64,000 bases of DNA from a virus. Its lineage: Duplodnaviria > Heunggongvirae > Uroviricota > Caudoviricetes. Location of the stretch: the IMG/VR virus record IMGVR_UViG_3300032318_002198, one strand, 5' to 3'. The notes beneath the pieces are model-generated. The model saw only the letters and a list, made by a program, of their open reading frames with translations. It searched no databases and was not told the DNA's origin. Each line of letters opens with the position of its first letter. Position 1 is the stretch's first letter. The position numbers and the translations under genes are program-made. This document shows positions 10,248 to 19,607 of this stretch, piece after piece.

Positions 10248-12023
10248 ATGAAGAATAAAAACAAAAAATTTGTAATGATGTCGATGTTCAAAAATGAAGC
10301 AAAGACCATTGGGCGGATGTTAGAATCATGTTACAAATATATTGATTTTTGGATATTGCAAGATAATGGATCGTCTGACGGAACTCCAGGAGTTGTAGCT
10401 GACTTTTTTAAAGATAAAAACATCCCAGGTTTTATCTATCAAGTAGCTGAAGGTTGGGTAGGATTTGGATGGAATAGAGACCATTTAGTTAAAACTGTAT
10501 GTAGTTCTAATCACGGATGTGATTGGATATTAAAAATGGACTGTGACGAAACACTAGTAGTCGACGATGATTTTGATTGGAGTGTGTTTGACGATCTGAC
10601 TGTACCAAGTTTTCACGTCCCGGCATTAGCCAACGGTGTTTTTTATCAACGAGCTTGGATATATAATGCAACATTACCGTGGAGATTTAATCACGACGAT
10701 GCGCATGAAACAGTATATATCGAAGGTCAAGGAGAAGGATTTAGAAGAGTTGACTTACCTATAAGTTTTAAACATGTAACATATACTGATGGTGAAAGTT
10801 ACGGTGTAAGAACCAAATATCTTTCAGATGCATTAAAATTTGAAGAAAAACTAATTAGAGAAGAAACACTGTTAACCGATCGATATCATTTCTGGTATAT
10901 AGGTAAGAGTTATTATGATTGTTTTAGAGGAGATTTTTATCCGTTCGGTAAAAAACATTCCGAAGAATTCGCACGTAGAAGTATATTCTATTTTGACGAG
11001 TTTGTAAATGTAACTCATAATTACGAAGTAACTGGTCGTGCTGATCGTATTGACGAGATGGCATATTATGCAATGATGCTTAATGCATTAACTTATAGAT
11101 ACTTAAACAATAAAGAAAAATCTATAGAATATTTACTAAAGGCAAATGATTTCGCACCTGTAAGAAATGAACATTGGATGAGATTAGCCGAGATATATTA
11201 TAATGATAGAGACTTTGAAAAACTTTACGAAACTACCCGTCTAATGTTACGGCCGGAAAGAGTTAATCCATTTCCAGAGTATCATTTTATCATCGAATCC
11301 GACGCATATCATAATACAGGAACTAAAATTATAGATTTGCATAGATATGCCGAAGAACAATTAAAGGAAAATGTTCCAACGATAGTTGAACAAAGTATCA
11401 ATTTATCTAATTCTACGGGGCCCGAAGTCATAGACGTCTCCGCATTAGGATTTAATTTGAAAGTAAGTCAAAATATGAAAAAACGTTTATTCATTGTAGA
11501 TAATTTTTACGACCAGCCTGACGAAGTTAGAAATTTTGCACTGAGTTTAGAATTTAAACCAGATATTCAATGGTACAAAGGATTACGATCAACTACTACT
11601 TGGCGACCAGATATTATTAAAGAAAAATTTGAGTCTATTATGGGAGAAAAGATCAATATGTGGTCGGATCATCACTTTAATGGATGTTTTCAAATAACAA
11701 CCGCAGAAGATCCGCAAGTTTATCATCACGATGCACAAAAATGGGCAGCAATGATTTATCTAACACCTGATGCTCCTATTGAAAGCGGTACGAGATTACA
11801 TCGCTCTAAAATATCGGGTGCAAGACATGCCGACGATCCTAGTATATCTACTGCTTTTTCTGGAGGATTTATTGATAGCACTAAATTTGATGTAGTTGAT
11901 AATGCCGGAAATATATTCAATCGTTTAGTTATAATGGATGCTAAATGTATACATTCTGCAGGCCCGTATTTTGGAACCAACACAAGTACCGGAAGATTGA
12001 TACATTTATTCTTCTTTGATTAA
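10248..12023 (+). CDS. GT2-like glycosyltransferase + TPR-like helices + C-terminal 2OG-Fe(II)-like (DUF6445-like) domain
   Basis: KNEA..I...DNGSSDGT, KMDCDE; helical middle; IVDNFY...HHD...NRLVI...HS. Confidence 0.7.
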   Translation: MKNKNKKFVMMSMFKNEAKTIGRMLESCYKYIDFWILQDNGSSDGTPGVVADFFKDKNIPGFIYQVAEGWVGFGWNRDHLVKTVCSSNHGCDWILKMDCDETLVVDDDFDWSVFDDLTVPSFHVPALANGVFYQRAWIYNATLPWRFNHDDAHETVYIEGQGEGFRRVDLPISFKHVTYTDGESYGVRTKYLSDALKFEEKLIREETLLTDRYHFWYIGKSYYDCFRGDFYPFGKKHSEEFARRSIFYFDEFVNVTHNYEVTGRADRIDEMAYYAMMLNALTYRYLNNKEKSIEYLLKANDFAPVRNEHWMRLAEIYYNDRDFEKLYETTRLMLRPERVNPFPEYHFIIESDAYHNTGTKIIDLHRYAEEQLKENVPTIVEQSINLSNSTGPEVIDVSALGFNLKVSQNMKKRLFIVDNFYDQPDEVRNFALSLEFKPDIQWYKGLRSTTTWRPDIIKEKFESIMGEKINMWSDHHFNGCFQITTAEDPQVYHHDAQKWAAMIYLTPDAPIESGTRLHRSKISGARHADDPSISTAFSGGFIDSTKFDVVDNAGNIFNRLVIMDAKCIHSAGPYFGTNTSTGRLIHLFFFD

Positions 12024-12026
12024 TCC

Positions 12027-12785
12027 ATGTCAAAAATAGCAATATTTTATATGATAGGTCAGTACAGTGATAACTGGAAATCTGATTTCTATGATCATCA
12101 AATAAATTTGTTAAAAACATCGGGCCTGCATGATCAAATACAATTCATAGATATTTTTGTTAAAGGGACAGTTCCTATTATTGACCTCCCAGAAAAAGTT
12201 AATAATGTAACTTATCTAGGAGAATTAGAAGAAGATAGACTCACGAATAAAAAATTATATAGGGCATACAATTATATTCAACAACGAATATGGCATTTTT
12301 CTCAAGCTAATCCAGATTATAAAATTCTGTTCTTTCATTCGTTAGGTGTATCACATACTAACGAACTTTATAAAAAAAATAAACATGCTTGGCGAAGATA
12401 TCTTGAAACATTGTTAATAGAAAATTGGCAAACCTGTATAGAATTATTAGATTATTATGATTGTGTAGGATCCGATTATACTCCTACCGCATCATATGCA
12501 AACGAAACAATAACAATATCGGCACCTCACTATCAAGGATTTTTTTGGTGGGCAAATAGCAACTATATAAAAAGTCTTGATCCAACATATTTTTTTCAAA
12601 ATGTCATATGGCAATCGTGGTTATGTGAACTTTGGATTGGAACAGGAAATCCAAAAGCATATAGTTTCTTTAATAGTAATTTGAATCACTATCTTAACGA
12701 AATAAACCCGCCGTACGAATCTATATTAAAGATTTGTCACGATAATTTAGATTTTTTAAAAAAGAATAATAGAAAGATTATATGA
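12027..12785 (+). CDS. Hypothetical, glycosyltransferase-like
   Basis: FFHSLGVS...WRRYL...YDCVG...HYQGFFWWANS...ELWIG pattern; cluster context. Confidence 0.45.
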   Translation: MSKIAIFYMIGQYSDNWKSDFYDHQINLLKTSGLHDQIQFIDIFVKGTVPIIDLPEKVNNVTYLGELEEDRLTNKKLYRAYNYIQQRIWHFSQANPDYKILFFHSLGVSHTNELYKKNKHAWRRYLETLLIENWQTCIELLDYYDCVGSDYTPTASYANETITISAPHYQGFFWWANSNYIKSLDPTYFFQNVIWQSWLCELWIGTGNPKAYSFFNSNLNHYLNEINPPYESILKICHDNLDFLKKNNRKII

Positions 12786-14041
12786 ATTACAAATTTAGCA
12801 TCATTACGCCTGAACATAATGTTAAAAATATGCCATTTTTATTGGAACTATACGAAAGTATTTTATCTCAAACTTATGATAATTGGGAATGGATACTTTT
12901 CTTAAATGGAAAAATGACCAAAGATAAATTACCGAATAGTATAACTAGCAATAATAAAGTTATTATTATCGAAGATAAATCTGGCAATACAAATATAGGA
13001 TATTTAAAAAATAAAGCATTTTCATCTGGAACAGGAGATGTTTTAGTTGAAGCAGATCACGACGATATATTAATAGATACATGCCTTGAAAAATTAAATC
13101 AAGCATATAAAGATGAATCAATAGGGTTCGTATACAGTGACAATGCTGTATTACACATGACAGAAAAATTTACTCCATTTAATGAATTTTATGGATGGTC
13201 CCATAGAACATTTAAGTGGAAGAATGAAGAACTTATTGCAATGAATTCTTTCAAACCAACTAGCCACTCATTGGGTTATATTTGGTATGCACCGGATCAT
13301 GTTAGATCATGGAGAACATCGGTTTATCACGAAATAGGTGGCCATAATGTAGAACTATCAATATGTGACGACCATGAGCTATGCATTCGAACTTATTTAC
13401 ATACTAAAATGTATCATATCCCTGAGGTATTGTATATCTATAGAATCACTGGTGAAAATACATGGCTTGAACGTAATCAAGCTATACAAATTAAAACAGT
13501 CGAATTATTCAATCAATATGCTATGCAATTAGCAGAGAAAGATGCAGACGATAATGGTTTATTGAAAGTCGATATAGGCGGCGGATTAAATCCTAAACCC
13601 GGATACCTTACTATTGACAAAGAAGGTGCTCAGATAAATCATAATCTAGACAAAGGAATTCCACTACCTGATAATAGTGTTGGTGTGATTAATGCCAGTC
13701 ATGTGATCGAACACTTAAAAGATCCTATTAAAACTATGCGTGAAATACATAGAGTGTTAGCACACGGTGGTTGGGCTTTTATTGAAGTACCGAGCACCGA
13801 TGGTAGGGGAGCATTTCAAGACCCTACACATGTTAGTTATTGGAACGAAAATAGTTTTCTCTACTACACTGATGGATATCTTGCCAACTTCATTAGAAAT
13901 AAAGATATTAGGTTCCAAGAATTTAGAAAAGAAACATGGTTTCCAAATGAATGGCTAAAAAATTTAAATGTTTGTGTTGTAACAGCATGGTTAGTGGCTG
14001 TTAAAGATGGTTCGAGATTGCCACACGCATTGAAAATTTAA
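12782..14041 (+). CDS. GT2 glycosyltransferase fused to class I SAM methyltransferase
   Basis: FSIITP, EADHDD, CDDHEL; then DIGGG, SHVIEHL, EIHRVL..GG, DPTH. Confidence 0.8.
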   Translation: MNYKFSIITPEHNVKNMPFLLELYESILSQTYDNWEWILFLNGKMTKDKLPNSITSNNKVIIIEDKSGNTNIGYLKNKAFSSGTGDVLVEADHDDILIDTCLEKLNQAYKDESIGFVYSDNAVLHMTEKFTPFNEFYGWSHRTFKWKNEELIAMNSFKPTSHSLGYIWYAPDHVRSWRTSVYHEIGGHNVELSICDDHELCIRTYLHTKMYHIPEVLYIYRITGENTWLERNQAIQIKTVELFNQYAMQLAEKDADDNGLLKVDIGGGLNPKPGYLTIDKEGAQINHNLDKGIPLPDNSVGVINASHVIEHLKDPIKTMREIHRVLAHGGWAFIEVPSTDGRGAFQDPTHVSYWNENSFLYYTDGYLANFIRNKDIRFQEFRKETWFPNEWLKNLNVCVVTAWLVAVKDGSRLPHALKI

Positions 14042-14475
14042 TCACATAACAACTCGTGAATGAGTTGTATTTTCATTCGATTATTTTTTGAAGATAATGT
14101 TTGTTTCAAATTCTGATGTAAAGGCTTTGGCCAAGCATTGAAATTACACCATGCATATGCGGAATGCTCAAAATTCAATATGGGGATAAATTCTTTGTCA
14201 ACTAACAGAATATATGTATTATATTGAAAATTAAGATCCTTAGAAATAAACAATTCTAAAGGAATTATTTTCTTAATTTTAGGAATATGCCCTATTTCCT
14301 CACTGATTTCTCGATTCAATCCATCGATTAAAGTGTGATCATGGGGCTCTTTCTTTCCGCCGACAATACTCCAAATACCCAATGTTTTATTTGAAGTTCT
14401 TTGTAAAAATAGAAAACGTTTAGTATCTTGGGATAAAAATAACCCACCACTGCAAATTATAATACTAGCCTCCAT
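14038..14475 (-). CDS. NUDIX hydrolase
   Basis: GGKKEPHD...LNREISEEIG Nudix box. Confidence 0.8.
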   Translation of the reverse strand: MEASIIICSGGLFLSQDTKRFLFLQRTSNKTLGIWSIVGGKKEPHDHTLIDGLNREISEEIGHIPKIKKIIPLELFISKDLNFQYNTYILLVDKEFIPILNFEHSAYAWCNFNAWPKPLHQNLKQTLSSKNNRMKIQLIHELLCD

Positions 14476-15848
14476 AACAGTTGATCGTATACACCTTCAA
14501 AACTCTTGCTCCAACTACCATTGGACCATTTATATTGAATTCCTGTATATGAATTAGTTATATAAGTTACTGTTGAAGTTTGTGTAGAATTGAAAACGAT
14601 ATTCCAACTAGTTCCATTCCATTCTATAATATCATTCGCATATGCTTGAAAGTCTGTACCAGATGAATTTTTCCAAGCATCTGGCCCATCATATCCAAGA
14701 GTGCCGAACTTATCATTGATATTAATATCCTCTAATATCAAATATCTTATACCTGTTGTTTTATTAATCGGATTAAAAGTTTCGGGATTAACTATTGCAT
14801 CAACCGTGCCTCTGCCACTGATAATTGTGTTAGTAGGCACAGTATCAGAATCAATATTCAAAAGCATTTTTGTATCATCGTAAGGATCTAAACTTACATA
14901 TGCAACGATCTCAGTATTATCTGGTTTAGTAAATCTTAATTGACTCAATCCTGCTTTAAATTTTCCTGGATACATGTCCAACAATCTATACCACGATCCT
15001 TTGTTTTGGGGAAGACTGACGTCAATTTCGCCACCCTTACCGTTTCTTTTTATTAAGGTAGCAACATTGTTTAATACCAACAAATCATAATTTCCAGGAG
15101 TAACAACTATTTTTTCGTCAGGTCCGTCTAAAAATTCGACCATATTAGGATCTATAAAATTAGATTCAATAGTACCCGGAGCAATTGCATGAATATTAGC
15201 AATAATTTTTGTGATAATACCTAACTTTTTAATTTTTGCAGGAGGAGTAATCCATATAGGAGCAGAAAAAGTCAATGTTAAAATATCGATATCCTGTTCC
15301 AGTCCTTGTGGAATAGATCTACTGCTCCAATTTTGACCAGTTAGTTCTAATAAACTTAAACTAGTCCAATCAATATAATTATCCGTTGATTGAATTTCTA
15401 AACTAGGATTGAACAATACTACAATTTGTTCCCATAGTTGTAATTTTTGATCGAGATTGGTAGTCCACACATCGGCATTAAATGTAGCCAAATATGGCGT
15501 AGGCATCAGTCTTTCGACAGTGTAGTTTGCTCCTTGAACATTTAAGTATTCGTCATTAGCAGAGTCGAATTCTCTTTCTCGTATTTGTAACTTGCTTACA
15601 AAAGTTGGATCTTGCATTCGTGGACGATCAAATTGTAAATCTTTTATATAACAAGCAATAAACGGAGCACTAGGAATTGTGTTTTCTGAATTTTTCCTTA
15701 AGATTTGTGCAACTTGACGATTCATATCGCCATACCTAACAGGAATTTGAACTAACTGTCCTTTAGCATCCTTATAACTAAAATTGCTCATCGCTCTCAT
15801 AAATTGAGTAAGATAACGCCGACACTGCGAATCGTAAAAATAATCGAT
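14457..15848 (-). CDS. Tail sheath stabiliser/terminator (T4 gp15-like) with C-terminal extension; probable non-ATG (ATC) start
   Basis: gp15-like QIPVRYG, ERLMPTPY, KLQLWEQI..LFNP. The open frame extends 16 codons above the track ATG to ATC-GAT-TAT-TTT-TAC (IDYFYDSQCRRYLTQF), resembling the gp15 N-terminus. Confidence 0.7.
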   Translation of the reverse strand: MDYFYDSQCRRYLTQFMRAMSNFSYKDAKGQLVQIPVRYGDMNRQVAQILRKNSENTIPSAPFIACYIKDLQFDRPRMQDPTFVSKLQIREREFDSANDEYLNVQGANYTVERLMPTPYLATFNADVWTTNLDQKLQLWEQIVVLFNPSLEIQSTDNYIDWTSLSLLELTGQNWSSRSIPQGLEQDIDILTLTFSAPIWITPPAKIKKLGIITKIIANIHAIAPGTIESNFIDPNMVEFLDGPDEKIVVTPGNYDLLVLNNVATLIKRNGKGGEIDVSLPQNKGSWYRLLDMYPGKFKAGLSQLRFTKPDNTEIVAYVSLDPYDDTKMLLNIDSDTVPTNTIISGRGTVDAIVNPETFNPINKTTGIRYLILEDININDKFGTLGYDGPDAWKNSSGTDFQAYANDIIEWNGTSWNIVFNSTQTSTVTYITNSYTGIQYKWSNGSWSKSFEGVYDQLLWRLVL

Positions 15849-15863
15849 GATTGTACAGTGGTA

Positions 15864-16400
15864 TTAAACCACAGCCTCCTTGTCTAGCCATACTCTTTTA
15901 CCGTTAATAACTTTCCAAGTTTTTCCAGTATAATGTTGTGCTTTTAAATGTGCTTCTCGGTTTTTTTGTTTGTGTTCTTCTGAACAAATTTTACCTTTCA
16001 TAGGACCTCCGTCTTTTCTTTTCCAACCGCCGTCTCTTCCTTCTGATTTTCTTTTAGCATGTGCTAGCCTTTGTGCTTCCTTCATACGTTCGATACTATC
16101 AGGGCTGTGTTTTTTATTGTTCCCTGGTTGTCTAATATTGTAATCATTATTAATAGAATCATATTGCAAAACATATTTTTCTTCTAATAAATTTAATTCT
16201 TCTATTGAACTAGCAGTATCAATGACTTCCCATGTAAATGCATCTATACCGTATTTTCTCAATGCATTATGAAAATAATATGTTTTAGTTGAATGCTTGC
16301 TATCATTAATATGTTCGTATCTTCGTCGATTAGGATGCTGAATAGATTGACCTATATAGCATTTTCCAGAGTCTTTATGAGTCCATTTGTAAATGTGCAT
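15864..16400 (-). mobile_element. Free-standing GIY-YIG homing endonuclease with NUMOD3-like repeats
   Basis: HIYKWT...CYIGQS...RR.EH...ALRKYG...E...YN; KKHSPDSIERMK and GKICSEEHKQK. Confidence 0.85.
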
Positions 16401-16404
16401 TTAA

Positions 16405-17610
16405 TTATCCGTCTGCTTTTGGTTTCAAAGCTTTACTTAATGCTTGACGTTCTGGTACAACTTCACCAGCAATAGTTGCAGTATTGGTATTATTGATAAA
16501 ACCAGTTTTTTGTGTTTTACGAACTGCTTTGCCTGCATTAGGCCCGGTACTAACATCGTCGACACCGAAGTTATTCAACGTCATTCTAACATTATCTTCG
16601 TATTTAAGCCAATGTTGTCCATCAAATCTAAATAATCTATTTGGTAGATAATCTGTTCTAAGATAGAATTGTCCTCTAACAGCATTATTGGGAAATGTTA
16701 TACCGAATCCATATGGCGATCCATTAGTGGGAACACCATCGCCTGTTAGATACCCGACATACAGATCTTTCTTCGGACTATGCAATACTATACTTGCATC
16801 GTAACTGGCATTTTCAATACTTGCATCCTGATCTACGGTGGATGCATCGGCGATATCTAACAAACCATCTTCTCTTTTTGGTAAAACGTAAAGATGTTGA
16901 GTATCGTAACCGCTGAGAGGAGCATCTTCTTCGGCTTGTGCTATAATTTGATTATTAATATCGATACTTTGTTTATATGACGACAACAGATCTCGTAATG
17001 TACTACCGTCTCCTGCTCCCGAATCTTGATCGAGTATTTCTTTGAATTCCTGACTATCAACTAACGGAACACATTTGGCTCTTAATAAATGAGGATACCA
17101 TGTTGCACTGAAACCCGCCGCAGGTCTTGTAACATCTTGAACTACATAAAATCTACGTAATGCAACCAAGCTATCATCCAATGCATATTCGTCTTTTAAA
17201 TGAGGTAACTCTATAACATCGCCAGTCATGATTTTTCTACCTACCATATCGACACAATTTCTTAAATGAAAATGAATCATAATAGTATCGTTATTAAGAA
17301 ATAATCCAAATTGACTTAGATTAAAATCTAAATCTTGCATTTGGTAAATACCCCGCATTACATAGATATCCGGATCGTAATGTCTATCACGATTTTCCAT
17401 AAAAATTAGGTCTTGTATGCCTAATTCTGAAATAGGATTTGTATTATTTGGTAGTGAAGGAGAGCTTGCTCCATCTGCTGGATTTACAGGACCTAGATAT
17501 TTGTGTAAAAAACAATCAGTTCCTCCAACCTGGAACTGTTCGTTAATTACACGATCTAAAAATCGAAAATCGTTGCCCTTCTCGGGCCTATAAATGGAAA
17601 GACGTGGCAT
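16405..17610 (-). CDS. Neck/head-tail structural protein (gp14-like)
   Basis: IQDLIFMENRDR, LSQFGLFL, GDVIELPH; divergent from the gp13-like gene; late promoter TAAATA at 17618-17623 (-). Confidence 0.55.
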   Translation of the reverse strand: MPRLSIYRPEKGNDFRFLDRVINEQFQVGGTDCFLHKYLGPVNPADGASSPSLPNNTNPISELGIQDLIFMENRDRHYDPDIYVMRGIYQMQDLDFNLSQFGLFLNNDTIMIHFHLRNCVDMVGRKIMTGDVIELPHLKDEYALDDSLVALRRFYVVQDVTRPAAGFSATWYPHLLRAKCVPLVDSQEFKEILDQDSGAGDGSTLRDLLSSYKQSIDINNQIIAQAEEDAPLSGYDTQHLYVLPKREDGLLDIADASTVDQDASIENASYDASIVLHSPKKDLYVGYLTGDGVPTNGSPYGFGITFPNNAVRGQFYLRTDYLPNRLFRFDGQHWLKYEDNVRMTLNNFGVDDVSTGPNAGKAVRKTQKTGFINNTNTATIAGEVVPERQALSKALKPKADG

Positions 17611-17674
17611 AATAGTATATTTATCGAATAATATCTTAGAAATATTATCTTAACATGAAAAGATAAATATTACT

Positions 17675-18433
17675 ATGAATGAAAACGAATCAGAACGCCA
17701 AAAAGTAATCGAATATTGTCAACTTATGTTAGGCAGTGGTATTGTGGACGTGGAGTTAGATCCTGTACATTATAATATTGCGATAGATCGTGCCTTAAGT
17801 AAGTTCAGACAGCGTAGCAGCAATGCTATCGAAGAAAGTTATGCGTTTTTAACATTACAAGTTGATGTAAATGAGTATATTCTTCCAAAAGAAGTAATGC
17901 AAGTTCGTCAACTTTTTCGTCGTTCTATAGGTAGTCGTAGTGGCGGTGGTGATGGCGGGACATTATTTGAGCCATTCAATTTAGCATATTCAAATACGTA
18001 TCTATTAAGTAGTACACATATGGGCGGTTTAGCCACATATTATGCTTTTGCAAGTTATCAAAAAATGGTCGGTAAAATGTTTGGTAGTGATATTAATTTT
18101 ACATTTAATAAAACAACCAAGGTACTAACGTTAATGCAACGTCCTAGAGCTGAAGAAGAATTACTATTGTGGCAGTATAATTATCGTCCGGATTTTAATC
18201 TGTTGCAAGATCCATATGCAGGACACTGGTTAAAGGATTATAGCCTAGCCACTTCAAAAATTATTTTAGGCGAAGGACGAGAAAAATTCGCTCAAATCGC
18301 CAGCCCGCAAGGTGGAACGTCGTTAAACGGACAGGCTTTGAAGGCCGAAGGTAAAGCCGAAATTGAAGTTTTAGAATTAGATCTGATCAATTACAAGGCC
18401 GGCGACTCGCCGCTCACTTGGATCACCGGATAA
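17675..18433 (+). CDS. Neck protein (T4 gp13-like)
   Basis: LG...VDVELD, WLKDYSLA...GEGREKF...GGTSLNG; TAAATA at 17664-17669. Confidence 0.75.
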   Translation: MNENESERQKVIEYCQLMLGSGIVDVELDPVHYNIAIDRALSKFRQRSSNAIEESYAFLTLQVDVNEYILPKEVMQVRQLFRRSIGSRSGGGDGGTLFEPFNLAYSNTYLLSSTHMGGLATYYAFASYQKMVGKMFGSDINFTFNKTTKVLTLMQRPRAEEELLLWQYNYRPDFNLLQDPYAGHWLKDYSLATSKIILGEGREKFAQIASPQGGTSLNGQALKAEGKAEIEVLELDLINYKAGDSPLTWITG

Positions 18434-18523
18434 TTTGTCAAAATAGCCCACATCCTTTTAAAATCATTGACTTTGTAACAATATAGTAATAAATTATACT
18501 ATATTCTTAACGGGGAAATATTT

Positions 18524-19162
18524 ATGATAGTAGGATTTACGGGCTTTATCTCGAGCGGCAAAGACACAGCAGCAGATTATCTTTGTAACATGCATGGTTT
18601 TAGACGAGATAGTTTTGCAAATTCTTTAAAAGATGCTGTAGCAAATGTATTCGGATGGGATAGAATCTTATTGGAAGGAAGAACCAAAGAAGCTCGTGAA
18701 TGGCGAGAACAAAAAGATGAATGGTGGTCTGAAAGATTAGGCAAAGATATAACACCCCGTTGGATTTTACAATATTGGGGAACAGAAGTATGCAGGCAAG
18801 GGTTTCACGACGATATCTGGATAGCCAGTTTAGAACACAGATTATTAAAAACCAAGGATGATGTTGTAATCAGTGATGTTCGTTTTCCAAATGAACTATT
18901 AGCAATCAAAAGAGCTGGCGGAAAAGTTATAAGAATAGTACGCGGTGAAGATCCTGAATGGTATGAAGATGCTAAATTAGCCAATGCAGGAGATCATGTT
19001 GTTGGATCGGCATTGGCTCGTGCTAGAATGAGAAATAGAGGTATCCACAGTTCTGAGTGGGCCTGGATAGGCAATCACATCGATTTTGAAATCGATAATA
19101 ACAACTCCATGGATAACCTCTTTAATCAACTTAAAAATAAAGTTTTAATTGGCAACCGTTGA
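18524..19162 (+). CDS. Deoxynucleoside monophosphate kinase (T4 gp1-like)
   Basis: GFISSGKDT, SFANSLKD, TPRWILQYWGTE, ISDVRFPNE. Confidence 0.85.
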   Translation: MIVGFTGFISSGKDTAADYLCNMHGFRRDSFANSLKDAVANVFGWDRILLEGRTKEAREWREQKDEWWSERLGKDITPRWILQYWGTEVCRQGFHDDIWIASLEHRLLKTKDDVVISDVRFPNELLAIKRAGGKVIRIVRGEDPEWYEDAKLANAGDHVVGSALARARMRNRGIHSSEWAWIGNHIDFEIDNNNSMDNLFNQLKNKVLIGNR

Positions 19163-19510
19163 TTTAGATTTTTTAGGATTATCAGGAATCAAGTCTCCTT
19201 GTTTCCATGGTAATTTTAGTCTATGTAAAATTCGTTGACAATTTGCACAAACAGTTTTTAAATTTGAAAACTGACAATTAGATGGATTTCCGTCTACATA
19301 AAAAACATCAAATTGTTCGGCAAATTTTGATGTATACCCACAACGATCACATACACACTTTTTTTTATATCCTGACAGTGCCCATAATGGATTCCCATTG
19401 ATCCTTTTTTTAGAGCAATGATCACATTTTGATCTATAAAATACCTGATCATTCCTGTGATAGTTTACAGCCACTGGCCTTCTCATACATTGTTTACAAA
19501 GATTCCTCAT
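19145..19510 (-). CDS. Zn-finger/HNH-like small protein
   Basis: Four CxxC pairs; DGNPSNCQFSNLKTVCANC. Confidence 0.6.
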   Translation of the reverse strand: MRNLCKQCMRRPVAVNYHRNDQVFYRSKCDHCSKKRINGNPLWALSGYKKKCVCDRCGYTSKFAEQFDVFYVDGNPSNCQFSNLKTVCANCQRILHRLKLPWKQGDLIPDNPKKSKSTVAN

Positions 19511-19607
19511 ATACCCGCCCTTTAGTACACCTTTCTGAGTTTTATTTACCTTAAATTTTTTGGATTATTGCTAAATAATTGAAACAATCCATTTAAGGAG
19601 ATAAACA

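Noticed and set aside
16395-16415. ACGGATAATTA as a relic of the gp15-like ATGGATTATTT start upstream of the GIY-YIG gene
   Set aside because: 8/11 identity in AT-rich DNA is too weak to support.
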